This document shows, piece by piece, positions 1 through 13,912 of a stretch of 64,000 nt of DNA. Below the pieces are notes generated by a model. It had not been told where the DNA came from. It ran no database searches and saw only the letters and a list, made by a program, of their open reading frames with translations. The DNA comes from Mustelus asterias (taxonomy: Eukaryota), in assembly GCF_964213995.1 (NCBI RefSeq), contig NC_135813.1, positions 60,140,001 to 60,204,000 of the forward strand, in the 5' to 3' direction. Both the position numbers and the translations under genes were made by a program. Each line of letters opens with the position of its first letter. Position 1 is the stretch's first letter.

Positions 1-339
1 ATCTCCCCTTACAAGGCATGCAACGTGGAAGGACAAAAATCATACAAATATTTAGTTGTGTTTGTTTCGGTGCTTGTGCCTGAAACATGGAGCATTTGCA
101 GAAAAATATTTGGTTAATGTGATTCCCATAATGATCCCCGCGCCAAAATGAGTCTTAAGCATGAAGATTGGGAGAGATTTAACCCATGGCAACGAAGGAC
201 CAAATAATTGATCAAAGGGGAGAACGTAAAATGAAGAAATACAAAATAATTTATGAAAGCATCGATATATAAATAGGAAGCAGTTCGTGATAGTAAACAT
301 GGATACCTGAGAGACAGAGACAGTAAAAAAATACAATGG

Positions 340-1690
340 GGAATTATACATTCATTTATCCTTTTTCAAAGAAGGATACACAAAACATACCGAAAATAGT
401 GGAGAACCAAGGGTCCAAGGACAATGAGAAGCTTAATGTAATTGATATTAGTGAAAAAAATAGGTTTTGGTGAAACGGGATTTAACAGCAATGAATCCTC
501 TCCAGCTGCTATCTTGTGTTATTAGGTGTTAAAAGATGTAGCTGCAGCAATGGTGAATCCATCGATCAATCTTCCAGATTTTATTAGATTCTAGAGCAAT
601 GGTGGTGCATTGAAAAATAGGAAATACAACTCCGTTGTTCAGCAAAAAATATAAAGAAAACATGGAACATATGGATCTGTTAACCTGATATGGGGAATAG
701 AGAAGATGCTAGAATGTATTGCTAGGGATGTGGTCGTAACACCTAGAAAATGACAACACAGAGCAAAAATAGTTTCATGAAAAGGAAACCTTTATATCTA
801 TTGGAATTTTTGAGGGTATGATTGACAAGGTGGATAAGTAGGAACTAGCGTGTGTATTGAATTCTCAGAAAGCATTCGATAAGAAGCCACACAGAGGTTA
901 TTATACAAAATTAAAGCTCATGGGATTGGGATTACTACATTAACATGGGTTGAGGATTGATGAATGAACATCGAACATGGAGTAGGAATAAACGATCTTC
1001 TTCAGGATAGAGGGCGTACCTAATGTAGCGCTGCAAAGATCTGTTCGGGCACTGCTTGAGCTCCCACAGTTTAGAATCCATATCAGTGACATAAACGAAG
1101 GGATGACTGTAATATATTCAAATCTGATGATAATTCCGAAACTAGGTCGGAAACTAAGCTATGAGATGGCTGGAAAGGGAAATGGACTAGTCAGGTGATT
1201 AGGCCAGAAGATAGAAGTTGAAGTGTGATGTGGGGAAATACGTAAAATTTTCACTTTGATAAGAATAGAAAATCGAATGCTTAATATGTTTTAAAAGTTC
1301 AGAGATCAGTTAATGTTCGTATTCAGAAATATTTTGGTGTTTTTGTGCACAAGTTGCAGAAATGCATGATGCAGATGCAGTATGATATGTTTGTTTTTAT
1401 TTCAAGTTGATAGGAGGTTAAGAGTAAAGTGGTATTACTGCAATTATATTGAGCTTTGATGATAACACGCCGAGAGTACTGTTTACAGTTTGTTGTCCCG
1501 ACCTAAGAATGATATACCTGCATTAGCACTGGTGCAAGAAAGGTATACTAGATCACTACTCAGGGTGAGACGACTGCCCCATGAGGAGAGATCGAGTAGA
1601 ATAGTTCTACTTATTCTGGAGTTTAGGGGAATGAGGGATGACCACATTGAAGTGTATAACGCTCTGATAGAACTTGACAGTATTGTGGCC
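340..1690 (+). mobile_element. Old, degraded CR1 LINE (RT region)
   Basis: Decayed KAFDK-type and YCxQxW..RYTR motifs. Appears to resume at about 7500-7850 after nested insertions. Confidence 0.6.
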
Positions 1691-1761
1691 AAGCGGGCCA
1701 CCTAAAATGGCGATTTATAAAGCACCCTGGGACAATTGGGCAAGAACTAAACAGCAGGTTA

Positions 1762-3303
1762 AACATAGAACAGTACAGCTCAGAACAGGCCCGTCGGCCC
1801 ACGATGTTGTGCCGAGCTTTATCTGAAACCAAGATCAAGCTACCCACTCCCTATCATCCTGGTGTGCTCCATGTGCCTATCCAATAACCGCTTAAATGTT
1901 CCTAAAGTGTCTGACTCCACTATCACTGCAGGCAGTCCATTCCACACCCCAACCACTCTCTGCGTAAAGAACCTACCTCTGATATCCTTCCTATATCTCC
2001 CACCATGAACCTTATAGTTATGCCCTCTTGTAATAGCTCCATCCACCCGAGGAAATAGTCTTTGAACGTTCACTCTATCTATCCCCTTCATCATTTTATA
2101 AACCTCAATTAAGTCTCCCCTCAGCCTCCTCCGCTCCAGAGAGAACAGCCCTAGCTCCCTCAACCTTTCCTCATAAGACCTACCCTCCAAACCAGGCAGC
2201 ATCCTGGTAAATCTCCTCTGCACTCTTTCCAGCGCTTCCACATCCTTCTTATAGTGAGGTGACCAGAACTGCACACAATATTCCAAATGTGGTCTCACCA
2301 AGGCCCTGTACAGTTGCAGTATAACCCCACGGCTCTTAAACTCCAACCCCTTGCTAATAAAAGCTAACACACTATAGGCCTTCTTCACAGCTCTATCCAC
2401 TTGAGTGGCAACCTTTAGAGATCTGTGGATATGGACCCCAAGATCCCTTTATTCCTCCACAGTCTTCAGAACCCTACCTTTGACCCTGTAATCCACATTT
2501 AAATTAGTCCTACCAAAATGAATCACCTCACATTTATCAGGGTTAAACTCCATTTGCCATTTTTCAGCCCAGCTTTGCATCCTATCTATGTCTCTTTGCA
2601 GCCTACAACAGCCCTCCACCTCATCCACTACTCCACCAATCTTGGTGTCATCAGCAAATTTACTGATCCACCCTTCAGCCCCCTCCTCTAAGTCATTAAT
2701 AAAAATCACAAAGGGCAGAGGACCAAGCACTGATCCCTGTGGCACTCCGCTAGCAACCTGCCTCCAGTCCGAAAATTTTCCATCCACCACCACCCTCTGT
2801 CTTTGATCAGATAGCCAGTTACCTATCCAATTGGCCAACTTTCCCTCTATCCCACACCCCCTTACTTTCATCATAAGCCGACCATGGGGTACCCTATCAA
2901 ACGCCTTACTAAAATCCATGTATATGACATCAACTGCCCTGCCTTCATCAACACACTTAGTTACCTCCTCAAAACATTCAATCAAATTTGTGAGGCACGA
3001 CTTGCCCTTCACGAATCCGTGCTGACTAGCCCGGATTAATCCGCATCTTTCTAAATGGTCGTAAATCCCATCCCTAAGGACGTTTTCCATCAATTTACCA
3101 ACCACTGAAGTAAGACTAACCAGTCCATAATTACCAGGGTCATTTCTATTCCCTTTCTTAAACAGAGGAACAACATTCGCCACTCTCCAGTCCTCTGGCA
3201 CCATCCCCGTGGACAGTGAGGACCCAAAGGTCAAAGCCAAAGGCTCTGCAATCTCATCGCTTGCCTCCCAAAGAATCCTAGGATATATTTCATCAGGCCC
3301 AGG
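1762..3303 (-). mobile_element. CR1 LINE, 5'-truncated, young (RT and 3' tail)
   Basis: ORFs 2449-3309 ([24 protein letters not shown]) and 1840-2400 (VRPHLEYCVQFWSP); TTCTATG tail. Confidence 0.95.
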
Positions 3304-3357
3304 TTGCAACTTAAAAAGACAAATAAACAGGCTGCAGCTCAGGCGACTGAATACACA

Positions 3358-3746
3358 TGATATAGAACATAGAACATAGAACAGTACAGCACAGAACAGG
3401 CCCTTCGGCCCACGATGTTGTGCCGAGCTTTGTCTGAAACCCAGATCAAGCTATTTCCTCCCTATCATCCCGAAGTACTCCATGTGCCTATCGAATAGCT
3501 TCTTAAATGTTCCTAAAGTTTCTGACTCCACTATCCCTGCAGGCAGTCCATTCCACACCCCAACCACTCTCTGAGTAAAGAACCTACCTCGGACATCCTT
3601 CCTATATCTCCCATCATGAACCCTATAGTTATGCCCCCTAGTTACCGCTCCATTCACCCGAGGAAATAGTCTTTGAACGTTCACTCTATCTATCCCCCTC
3701 ATCATCTTATAAACCTCTATCAAGTCTCCTCTCAACCTCCTCCGCT
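3358..3746 (-). mobile_element. CR1 3' fragment
   Basis: RRLRGDLIEVYK...FFTQRVV; (TTCTATG)n tail. Confidence 0.9.
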
Positions 3747-4350
3747 GGGCCATCTCCATGACAAAGGGAACTTTCTGGTCAGACTGGGTTGTTTACCAGA
3801 CATAGGGGCGCCATAACCCCTTATTTGGGAGGGAAGTGTGTGTCCTATGTGCCCCCAGCACCTACAGACATGGCCATTGGGGACACACCCAGAGATTGGT
3901 GAGGCAGCACCCGATTGGACTTTATCGATCAGGGTGATCAAGTCCTGATCGATTGATTGGCAATGGCCATAAGGGGCGCGAAACCTAACGGGGTATAAAG
4001 GGTGCTGCGCAACCAAGCATCTCTCTCTCTCTGACCCCACAAACGAGCTAAAACATTGGTGACCATCGCCAGCAATGATGATTGGAGGAGAGCCACCACA
4101 GCTGAGAAGGAAGGAAGACCAGAGCCAGAGTGTCAGACCAGACCAAAGGACCAGACTACGCAGAGGACTACAGAGACCAGCGCACAGATAAAGGCCAATA
4201 TCGGCTTGGGTACTTACCAATCACGCAAAGGTAAGTCAAGGTCTAGTATTGGACTTGAACCTTAGTATTTTCTGTAAGATAACTTATTGTTGGTTGGGTG
4301 GGTGATTATTGATTGTGTGTTTTAAATAAATATTTGTTGTACTAACAAGA
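3747..4350 (+). mobile_element. LTR-like fragment (5' end lost)
   Basis: ATTGG/CCAAT boxes, TATAAA 3994-3999, AATAAA 4325-4330; ends AACAAGA immediately before ATGT within CR1 sequence. Confidence 0.5.
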
Positions 4351-7300
4351 ATGTGTGGCTGAGGGACTGGTGCAGGGGGCAGGGATTCAGGTTCCTGGAC
4401 CATTGGGACCTCTTTAGGGGCAGGTGTGACCTGTACACAAAAAACAGGTGGCACTTGAACCCCAGCTGGACCAATGTCCTGGCAGGAAGGTTGGCTAAGA
4501 CTACTGGGGAGAGTTTAAACTAGATAGGTTGGGGGGAGGGGATCAAAATGAGGTGACTGAGAGTGAGGAAGATAGCTCGCAAACAGAGAAGGGTTATAGG
4601 CAGCGCAAGAGGGCGGATGGACAGGGAATAGAGAAGGGGAGAGCTCAGACCAAAGGATTGAGATGTGTTTACTTTAATGCCAGGAGTATAGTGAATAAAG
4701 GGGATGAGCTCAGAGCATGGATCGATGCCTGGAAGTATGATGTGGTGGCCATTACAGAGACTTGGATGTCTCAGGGACACGACTGGATACTCCAGGTGCC
4801 GGGATTCAGATGTTTCAGGAAGGACAGGGAGGGAGGCAAGCGAGGGGGTGGAGTGGCACTGCTGATTAGGGATAGTGTCACAGCTGTAGAGAAGGTGTAT
4901 GCTGTGGAGGGATTGTCCACTGAGTCTCTGTGGGTGGAAGTTCAGAGTGGGAAGGGGCTGGTCACTTTGCTGGGAGTTTTCTATAGGCCGCCCAATAGTA
5001 ACAGGGAGGTGGAGCAGCAGATAGGGAAACAGATCCTGGAGAGTTGCAGTAATAGCAGAGTTGTTGTGATGGGAGACTTTAATTTCCCAAACATAGATTG
5101 GAATATCCCTAGGGTAAGGGGATTGGATGGAGAAGAGTTCGTTAGGTGTGTTCAGGAGGTTTCCTGACACAGCATGTGGACAAGCCTACAAGAGGAGAGG
5201 TTGTACTTGATCTGATACTGACCAATGAACCTGGACAGGTGTCAGATCTCTCAGTGGGAGAGCATCTTGGGGATAGCGATCATAACTCTATCTCCTTTGT
5301 GCTTGCATTGGAAAAAGAGAGGATCAGGCAAGCTAGGAAAGCATTTATATGGAGTAAGGGGAAATATGAAGACATAAGGTAGCAAATTAGAGGAGTAAAT
5401 TGGAAGGAGGTATTCTCGGGGAAATGTACTGAAGAGAGGTGGCAGTTTTTCAAGGAATGTCTGTCTAGAGCTCTACAGGACAATGTTCCAAGCAGACAGG
5501 GAGGTGTTGGTCAGTTAAAGGAACCGTGGTGCACGAAAGCTGTGCGGGACCTCGTCGAGAAGTAAAGGAAAGCGTACAAAAGGCTCAGAGAGCTTGGCGA
5601 AGATAGGGATTTAGAAGAGTATACGGCTTGTAGGAAGGGACTAAAGAAGGAAATTAGGAGAGCCAGAAGGGGTCACGAGAAGGCCCTGGCAGGTAGGATT
5701 AAGGAGAACCCTAAGGCGTTCTATAAATATGTGAAGAGTAAAAGGATGGGACGTGACGGAATAGGGCCTATAAAAGGTGAAGGCGGGAAAGTCTGTACGG
5801 AACCAGTAGAAATGGCAGAGGTGCTCAATGAGTATTTTGCCTCGGTTTTCATAGAGGAGAAGGACCTGGGTGGATGTACTGCAGGCGTGCGGTGCACTGA
5901 AAGAACTGAGTATGTGGACTTTAACAAAGAGGTTGTGCTGGAATCTTTGAATGGCATCAAGATAGATAAGTCACCGGGTCCAGATGGGATGTACCCCAGG
6001 TTATTGTGGGAGGCTAGGGAAGAGATTGCAGAGCCTCTGGCGATGATCGTTGCATCGTCGATGGAGACGGGAGAGGTGCCGGAGGATCGGAGGATTGGCG
6101 GATTGCAGATGTGGTTCCTATTTTCAAGAAGGGGAATAGAGATAGCCCAGGTAATTACCGACCGGTGAGTCTAACCTCAGTGGCTGGTAAACTGATGGAG
6201 AAGATCCTGAGGGACAGGATATATGAGCATTTAGAGAGGTTTAGTATGCTCAAGAATATTCAGCATGGCTTTGTCAAGGGCAGATCGTGCCTTACGAGCC
6301 TGGTGGAGTTCTTCGAAGATGTGACTAAACACATTGACGAAGGGAAGGCGGTAGATGTGGTTTATATGGATTTTAGCAAGGCGTTCGATAAGGTCCCCCA
6401 TGCAAGGCTTCTAGAAAAAGTGAGAGGGCATGGGATCCAAGGGGCTGCTGCCCGGTGGATCCAGAACTGGCTTGCCCAAAGGAGGTAGAGAGTGGGTAAA
6501 GATGGGTCTTTTTCTAAATGGAGGTCGGTCACCAGTGGTGTGCCCCAGGGATCTGTTCTGGGACCCTTGCTGTTTGTCATTTTCAAAATGACCTGGATGA
6601 GGAAGTGGAGGGATGGGTTGGTAAGTTTGCCGACGACACGAAGGTTGGTGGGGTTGTGGATAGTCTGGAGGGTTGTCAGAAGTTACAGAGGGACATAGAT
6701 AGGATGCAAGACTGGGCGGACAAGTGGCAGATGGACTTCAACCCAGATAAATGCGTCGGGGGATCAGAAGGACCTTGGGGTCCGGGTCCATAGGACTCTA
6801 AAATCGGCCCCGCAGGTGGAGGACGTGGTTAAGAAGGCGAATGGTGTGTTGGCCTTTATCAATCGAGGGATTGAGTTTAGGAGTGCGGGGATAATGATGC
6901 AGCTATATATGACCCTCGTCAGACCCCACTTGGAGTACTGCGCTCAGTTCTGGTCGCCTCATTACAGGAAGAATGTGGAAAAGATTGAAAGGGTGCAGAG
7001 GAGATTTACAAGGATGTTGCCTGGATTGAGTGGCATGCCTTATGAGGATAGGCTGAGGGAGCTCGGTCTTTTCTCCTTGGAGAGACGAAGGTTGAGAGGA
7101 GACCTAATAGAGGTGTATAAGATGTTGAGAGGCATAGATCGGGTTGACTCTCAGAGGCTTTTTCCCAGGGTGGAAATGTCTGCTACGAGAGGACACGGGT
7201 TTAGGGTGCTGGGGGGTAGGTACAGGGGAGATGTTAGGGGCAAGTTTTTCACAGAGGGTGGTGGGCGAGTGGAATCGGCTGCCGTCAGTGATGGTGGAGG

Positions 7301-7460
7301 CGAACTCAATAGGGTCTTTTCAGAGACTCCTGGATGAGTACATGGAGCGTAATAGGATGGAGGGTTATAGGTAGGTCTAGAAGGTAGGGATGTGTTCGGC
7401 ACAACTTGTGGGCCGAAGGGCCTGTTTGTGCTGTAGTTTTTCTATGCTTCTATGTTTCTA
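4351..7460 (+). mobile_element. CR1 LINE: end of ORF1 plus ORF2 (AP endonuclease and RT), disrupted
   Basis: NARSI..ITETW..YRPP..GDFN endonuclease motifs (4529-5167); RT fragments 5731-7374 with stops and frameshifts; TTCTATG tail. Confidence 0.95.
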
Positions 7461-8542
7461 CCAAGAAGTCTACTCGCAATTCTTTGTCCACGTATAAGGG
7501 TTAAAACAGATTGTGCGGCCGGCACATTATGTTGGCTGAAATGCTGTTTCTCCTGACGGGAGAGTCCAGAACTAAATGTTTATAGTCTCAAGACAAGGCG
7601 CTGATAGTTCGGGACTAAAATGAGGAAACATTTCTTCATTCACAGAGGTTGGGCTGCTTGGATTTTTCTACCCCGAAAGGCTGCGGGTGATAGTTTTTTG
7701 GTATCTTCAAAACTTAGATCGCTAATCTTTTGGACAGTAGGGATGCGGAATATCAGCCAAGATCTTATTGTTTGCCGGAGCCAACTGGATTTGTTGTGTG
7801 GCCTACATGTAATTCTATTTCTGATATTCTTATCCTTCTATGCATGCTAGCTGGTCTTATGAAGATGATGGAGAATATTGAGCAGGGAGTTAACAATATT
7901 AAATGACGTTCTGAGTTTGTGCAAATTGTGCATCACCTATTTTCTTCACCCAATCATTGGCGGCGGTTCTTTGAGTCGTATAACCCCTAATCTTTAAATT
8001 TAGATCCCAAAATATCTACACTTCTTCGCCCTTTTCTCCTCCCTTAAAATATGCCGATTTGACCAAGAGTGCCTCGATCAGAGCGAGACAGCTCGCCAAA
8101 ACATTGCGAGAAACAAACTGTGGCGTTTTGATCAGGCATTTCATTTTATTTAGGCATATGTTCACACCGACACTGCTTTTCCCTTTAGAGAATAGTGCAG
8201 GAAGTGGTCGGAGGATTTAGCCGTTGAACCGCGTTATGAAGGCTGGTTGTGTGCTTAATGCGTGCTGACGTTGGAGGCGATTCCCGAGCCATGGTCCCGC
8301 GGTAGGGACGCTGCCACTACACCACAATATCTCGCGAGACAGCCCATGGGGTACCGTTGATGGAGGCGAGCGCAAAGTTCAATGCAGAACTGGCTGATTA
8401 TTGTGATAAAAAGTTTTAAGTTACAGTTACACGAGGATGAAAAGTCCCATGAATGCAACATGAGTTACAGATAGGAGGACTTTCAGCTGTTCTAAAGGAA
8501 ATGCTTATACTTCACCATCAATATTTTGGAGTTGTCCTTAAG

Positions 8543-8640
8543 AAAGAGACAGATAGACAGACAGATAGACAGTGAGAGAGGCACAGACAGAAAGGTAGAG
8601 AGCGACAGGCAGGCAGCGAGAGAGAGGGACAGTGGCTGGC
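8543..8640 (+). repeat. Degenerate (GACA/GATA/GA)n microsatellite
   Basis: agagacagatagacagacagatagacag... Confidence 0.7.
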
Positions 8641-9581
8641 TGCGACAGGTTTCGAAGCAGCATTCAATGAGTTAAACACGCTGCGCAGATTAGAAGCTGT
8701 ATTGTTTTCGGTACTAGTGTAATTTAGGAGGGTAAGCAGGAAACTCAAGTCCAATATAGAGTAAATGGTTCACAAATGGGAGAATTGATTGCAGTCCATC
8801 GTCTGAGAAACGGCAGTGATTTCGAAAGAATTTATCGGCGAATAGCGACTCTGCTGATACTTTTATAATTGGGAGATACTCCTTGCTTTCTTTGAAAGCG
8901 TTAAAAAGCATTGGAAATCATTCAACTTTCTGCGTTTTGGACTAATCCCACCTTTAACGTAATTTACAAATTATCTCTAACTATATCTGAGAAAATAGTA
9001 GAAATGCCATGATTAATATAATGGGTTTTTTAACAGTCACAAAATATATAAGTGTTGACATATACGGTACTTGTGCTGTCACTGTATAAACCCTTTTTCC
9101 ATAGAATTTGTAAAAGCTGATTCAATCCCCGTTGGAGTTAAATCAGATATATAAAGTGCCAACTCACTGTTTATTTATAAAAGTGACATTAAATGCCTTA
9201 TTGTGTGCTTGTCTATTTTCATGTTTGATTTCTGCGCACGCGAACTATTCCCTGAAGCACAATCGCGTTTATAATTTGTATTCGATTTTTATCTGCATGG
9301 GAGTCAAAGATTTTGGGGGGCAAGCAGAAATGCTGAGCCAAGGCCACAACCAGGCCAACCATAATCTTATTGAACGGTGGAGGAGGCTCGGCAGTTAAAT
9401 GGGCTATTCCTGCTCCTTTTCTTTCTTATGTAAGTCAAATTGCTTGTATAAGATGGGATTCAATAGTGCAACGCATTTGCAATGCTATAAAAGTTATCAA
9501 TGGCAATTAGTACTAAACTGGTTTGCTATCTTCAAGAGTTCATTCACAAATAACACCACATCTAATAACTGAATATCATCA

Positions 9582-9587
9582 TTTATT
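9582..9587 (-). terminator. Polyadenylation signal, cluster A
   Basis: AATAAA on the minus strand, about 175 nt after the C-exon stop. Confidence 0.6.
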
Positions 9588-9761
9588 AAACATCTTTTTC
9601 TACGTCGCATTTACAAGGATAAACGTTTCTGCCATAGTGTGCATAGATTTAAATCACGAACATGGGCCAAACGTGTACAAATATAAATGCATTCTGAATA
9701 ACTAAACGCATCTTCTAATAGAAACGCTATAGTTTTCGCGAAGTGGACGTGATTGTCTCTA

Positions 9762-10090
9762 TCACTCGCAGCCTGATCTCCTGATGCTCTGCTGAAGCTG
9801 AGACGCTAGAGACTCATGTGTAACCCCGCAGGTGTACACTTCGTGTGAGTTCCACTCGGAAGCGGCCAGGGTCAGGTAACTGCTCACACTGTACGTCTGG
9901 TCCGTGTCCCGTATGGCCCGAGTAGTCTGAACACCAGTGTCCGTTGTCTTGCCGTCTACGCTCCAGGAAACTTGCACAGCACCGGGAAAGAAATTATTCA
10001 CCAAACACACCAGGGTCGCCGTCTTTGCTGCGGAGATCTGATCGGGTGCCGGCGGGAGAAGAGACACCGAAGGACGGGATGACCCTCGAA
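9762..10090 (-). CDS. IGLC: Ig light-chain constant exon (C1-set), cluster A
   Basis: Acceptor ctcattacag at 10091-10092. Motifs PSVSLLPP..ATLVCLVNNFFP..W..YSVSSYLTL..EWNSHEVYTCGVTHESL; penultimate Cys for heavy-chain linkage; TGA 9762-9764. Confidence 0.95.
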
Positions 10091-10689
10091 CTGTAATGAG
10101 AACGATTGTGTTTATTGAATATCATATACATTTCACAGACGGACAACGAAACATCTTGCTGAGCCTGTGAGTCAATACGTTGTGGGTTGAAGTCCCAATG
10201 CAAACACCTAAGCAAAGCATATAGTCTGACCTTCCAGTGCTGTACAATGGGCGAGTTACAGTTTATAGGTGAGAAGATATGTATCTTCAAGCAATCATTC
10301 AAGGTGGTTTTAAAAGACCCAAAGACATTATTTCGGAGGAGGATCTCAATACCAGTATTTATCTTTCAACCAATATTAGTTGAATAGATAATCAGGATAT
10401 TATTGCATAATAATTTGTGGAATCATTTTATGCCAAGATTGGCCGCCAAATTTCCAAATTACAACAGTGATTTCACTTGCAAAATGCTTAATCTGCTGAG
10501 AAGCAATTCTCAGAGGCCGAGAAAGCGCTGTATAAGTGTGAGTTTTCTTTCATTTTCTCCCGCAAATTGCAGCCAGGATAAATGTATCTAATCACATATG
10601 CCATGGTCTGATTGAATGACGGAGCAGGCTCGAAGGGCTGTATTTGCTTCCTTCTGCTCCTAATCCTATGTTCCTATGACGAACACTTC

Positions 10690-11340
10690 ATTTTTTATTA
10701 ACTCATGGGATGTCAGCATTTCTGGAAACGCATTTGTTGCCTTTCCCGAATTGCCCTTGAGAAGGTGGCGATGAATTACCTTCTAGACCAGCCGCGTCCA
10801 CCTAGTGTAAGTATACCCAGTCCTTACACCAGGGAGGAAACCGTATATGTTTGACCCAGTGACAATGAAGGAACAACGATATGGTTCCCTGTTTGGGTAG
10901 TGTGTGGCATGGAGGGAAGTTGCAAGTGGTACATTTCCCATGTGTCAGACCCCCTTGGCCTTCTAAGTGGTAGACACCGCGGGTTTGGTACTGTCAAAGG
11001 AACCTTTGTGAGCAGGTGAACTGCATCTTGTTTATAGCCTGTAATGCTGCCACAGTACATCGTGGTAGAGGGTGTAAATCTTTAAGGTGGTGGATCCGGT
11101 GCCCATCAAATGACCTGCTTTATCGTGGATGATGTCGGGCTCCTTGTACACTCAACCAAGCAGGTGTATTCAGTCACACTGCGGATTTATGCCTTGTAGA
11201 TGGTGGGCAGGATGCTGAGTTAGGGGTCGCAGAATTTCAACCTTCTGGCCAATTCTTGAAGCCAGGATATCGATATGACTGACCTGGTCAACAGTAACCC
11301 CCACGATGTTAATTGTGGGGTATTCAGCGATGGTATAGCG
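10690..11340 (-). mobile_element. Old L2/CR1-group LINE 3' fragment in the cluster A J-C intron
   Basis: Same family as 26895-27730 (attgcccttgagaaggtgg...). Confidence 0.65.
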
Positions 11341-11619
11341 TTACTGTCAATGTTACGTCTTTCTACTGACCTCTACAAACAAATATACGATTTAATTCCA
11401 TACAGTTCAGTCTGAGGGGTAATCTTTCCACACAGGAAGTAAATTAAGACTACCATCTAGCATTTTTATTCTGTATAATAGTTATCTTCCAATACTGATA
11501 ACATTATGTTGCAAAAGAACTCAAGGATGATGCACATTACAGTAAGAGTTTGCTACCTTGAATAATATTAAATTAACATGAGTAAAACGGGAATCGTATG
11601 TTCTACGCTGTCTCTGCAC

Positions 11620-11910
11620 ACAGCTTTGCACTACTGCCACAAGCGCCAGGGACGCGGGTTCAATTCCGGCCTTCGGTGACTATGTGGAGTTTGCACATTC
11701 TCTCCGTGTCTGCGTGGGTTTCCTCCGGGTGCTCCGGTTTCCTCTCACAGTCTAAAGGTGTGCTGGTTAGGTGGATTGGCCATGATCAATACTCGGGGTT
11801 ACGTGGATAGTGCGGGGAGTGGGCCTGGGTTGGATACTCTTTCAGAGGATCAGTGCAGATTCTATGGACTGAATGGCTTTCTTCTGCACTGTAGAAGTTA
11901 TATGGATTCT
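11620..11910 (+). mobile_element. tRNA-derived V-SINE (HE1-like)
   Basis: B-box GGTTCAATTCC; V-domain GTGGGTTTCCTCCGGGTGCTCCGGTTTCCTC; CR1-type tail. Confidence 0.85.
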
Positions 11911-12769
11911 GCACGGATTAAACCGCCAGTTCCGCATTTATTCCGAAAATAATACATCTAAATGATATCCTGTGCCTTTAGTCTATCATGCTTATACTTA
12001 GATCGAGACATCGCTTGAAATCAAAATCACTGTTGAGGAATAATACGTGGAAAACAAAACACAGATATTTCATATCGTTTTCCGGTTTTTAGCCTTATCT
12101 CTATTATGGGCGTTAATGCAGCCTTCCCATTTCGGTTATTGCACGGGTATCTGTACACTTAGAACCCCAGAAAAGTCATCGCACTGAACGTGGCCATTTA
12201 GCTCATAGTGTCTGGGTGGTCGAGAAAGAAATAATAAATATACAAATAAATAATAAAGATATTAAAATAAACAATTTAAAGAACTAACTGTCCGTTCTAA
12301 TCCCACCTCCCAACACCCGCTCCGTAGTCTTGCAGGTTAAAGCATTTTAGGCGCCCTCAAATTATATATCCTTTTTAACCGTAGTATCTCAGCATGCTGT
12401 TCTATATTAAAACTTAAATAGTCATAAAGAACGGCATCTGCCGACGTGAGGTTAACGTGGAAAGAAGCTGTGTAAATAAATCGCAAAGGCTCTTACATAG
12501 AAGATTTCATTACACGTAGCGTACAGACGAAGCTTTCTCCGAGAGGGAAACAGATCTTTTTATGGAAAGTGCGTGCTTTGCGCCCAGTGCTATTCCTGGG
12601 ACATTAGAGAAACTCATGGTGATTATAACATTCGACATTCGAAATTAACTTCCTTCAATTTTCTCAGAGCACTAGGAATTCAGGAAGCCACCCTATTGTC
12701 TTTCTTTTTTTTCACTCTATCTATTGTTCTTTCTTTCTCTTTGTTTTTCGCTCTCTCTCTACCTTCCTA

Positions 12770-13585
12770 TAGAGAGGTGCAGCAGGCGGTAAAGAAGGCG
12801 AATGATATGTTGTCCTTCATAGCGAGAGGATTCCAGTACAGGAGCAGGGATGTCTTGCTGCAATTATACAGGACCCTGGTGATTGCAGGCCTGGAATATT
12901 GTGTGCAGTTTTGGTCTCCTTGTCTTGCTATAATAGGAGTGCAGTGAAGGTTTACCAGATTGATTCCTGCGATGGCGGGACTGGCATATGAGGAGAAATT
13001 GAGTCGAGTAGGTTTATATTCGCTGGAGTTTAGAAGAAAGAAGTGGTGGGGTCTCATAGAAACTTATAAAGGTCTAACAGGACTAGACAGATACATGCAG
13101 GAAGGATGTTCCGGATGGTTGGGGTGTCCAGAACCATGGGCCACAGTCTAAGGATACAGGGTAGGCCGTTTAGGACAGAGATGAGGAGAAATTTTTTTAC
13201 CCAGAGAGTGGTCAGCCTGTGGAAATCGCTACCACAGAAATGAATTGAGGCGAAAGCATTGTATGCTTTCAAGGAGTTAAATATAACTCTTGGGGCGAAG
13301 GAGATCAAAATATATAGGGGGCGGGTAGGACCAGGCTATTGAGTTGGATGATCAGCCATCATCCCTGCCCAGTGAAGCAGTTGAGGCTACCTCGTTGAAT
13401 GTTTTTAAGGCAAAGATAGATAATGTTTTGAACAGTAAAGGAATTAAGGGTTTTTGTGAGCAGGTGGGTAAGTGGAGCTGAGTCTACGAAAAGATCAGCC
13501 ATGATTTTATTGAATGGCGGAGCAGGCTAGAAGGGCCAGATGACCTACTCCTGCTCCTATTTTCAATGTTTCTACGTTTCTATAT
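12770..13585 (+). mobile_element. CR1 3' fragments in the cluster A J-C intron (antisense to the gene)
   Basis: LQLYRTLV..LEYCVQFWSP; two 3' ends in tandem. Confidence 0.85.
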
Positions 13586-13912
13586 TTCCGACTGTATGTT
13601 TGACTATTTTGCATAGTTGGCATAAGTGGGGCACTTTCACCTTGTTTTTAAATAACGATAATTAAATCCTATGAATTATTTATATTGTTCGATATTTAGC
13701 TCGAAAATTTAAACCAATCATAAATTGAAACATGGTGTTGATTTATGATTCGAACATGTGCTTGTTTCATATCCCTGATAAGCCTTTATTTAAAAGTTGG
13801 CTGCCATCTACAAAGCCAAATCTGCCTCATTAATGATCCAAATGAGACTGTATTTGATTAAAAGGAAAAACAATATCCATTGTTCAGAGCGAATTCAATA
13901 AAAGTTACTTAC

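Noticed and set aside
4529-7374. Long endonuclease/RT ORFs as an active or domesticated gene
   Set aside because: ORF2 is broken by stops, frameshifts and a deletion. Other RT ORFs (2449-3309, 46736-47548) are 5'-truncated copies.
13449-13457. Perfect RSS nonamer GGTTTTTGT in the cluster A J-C intron
   Set aside because: No heptamer at 12- or 23-nt spacing (AAGTGGA / AGTCTAC), and it lies inside a CR1 3' fragment.
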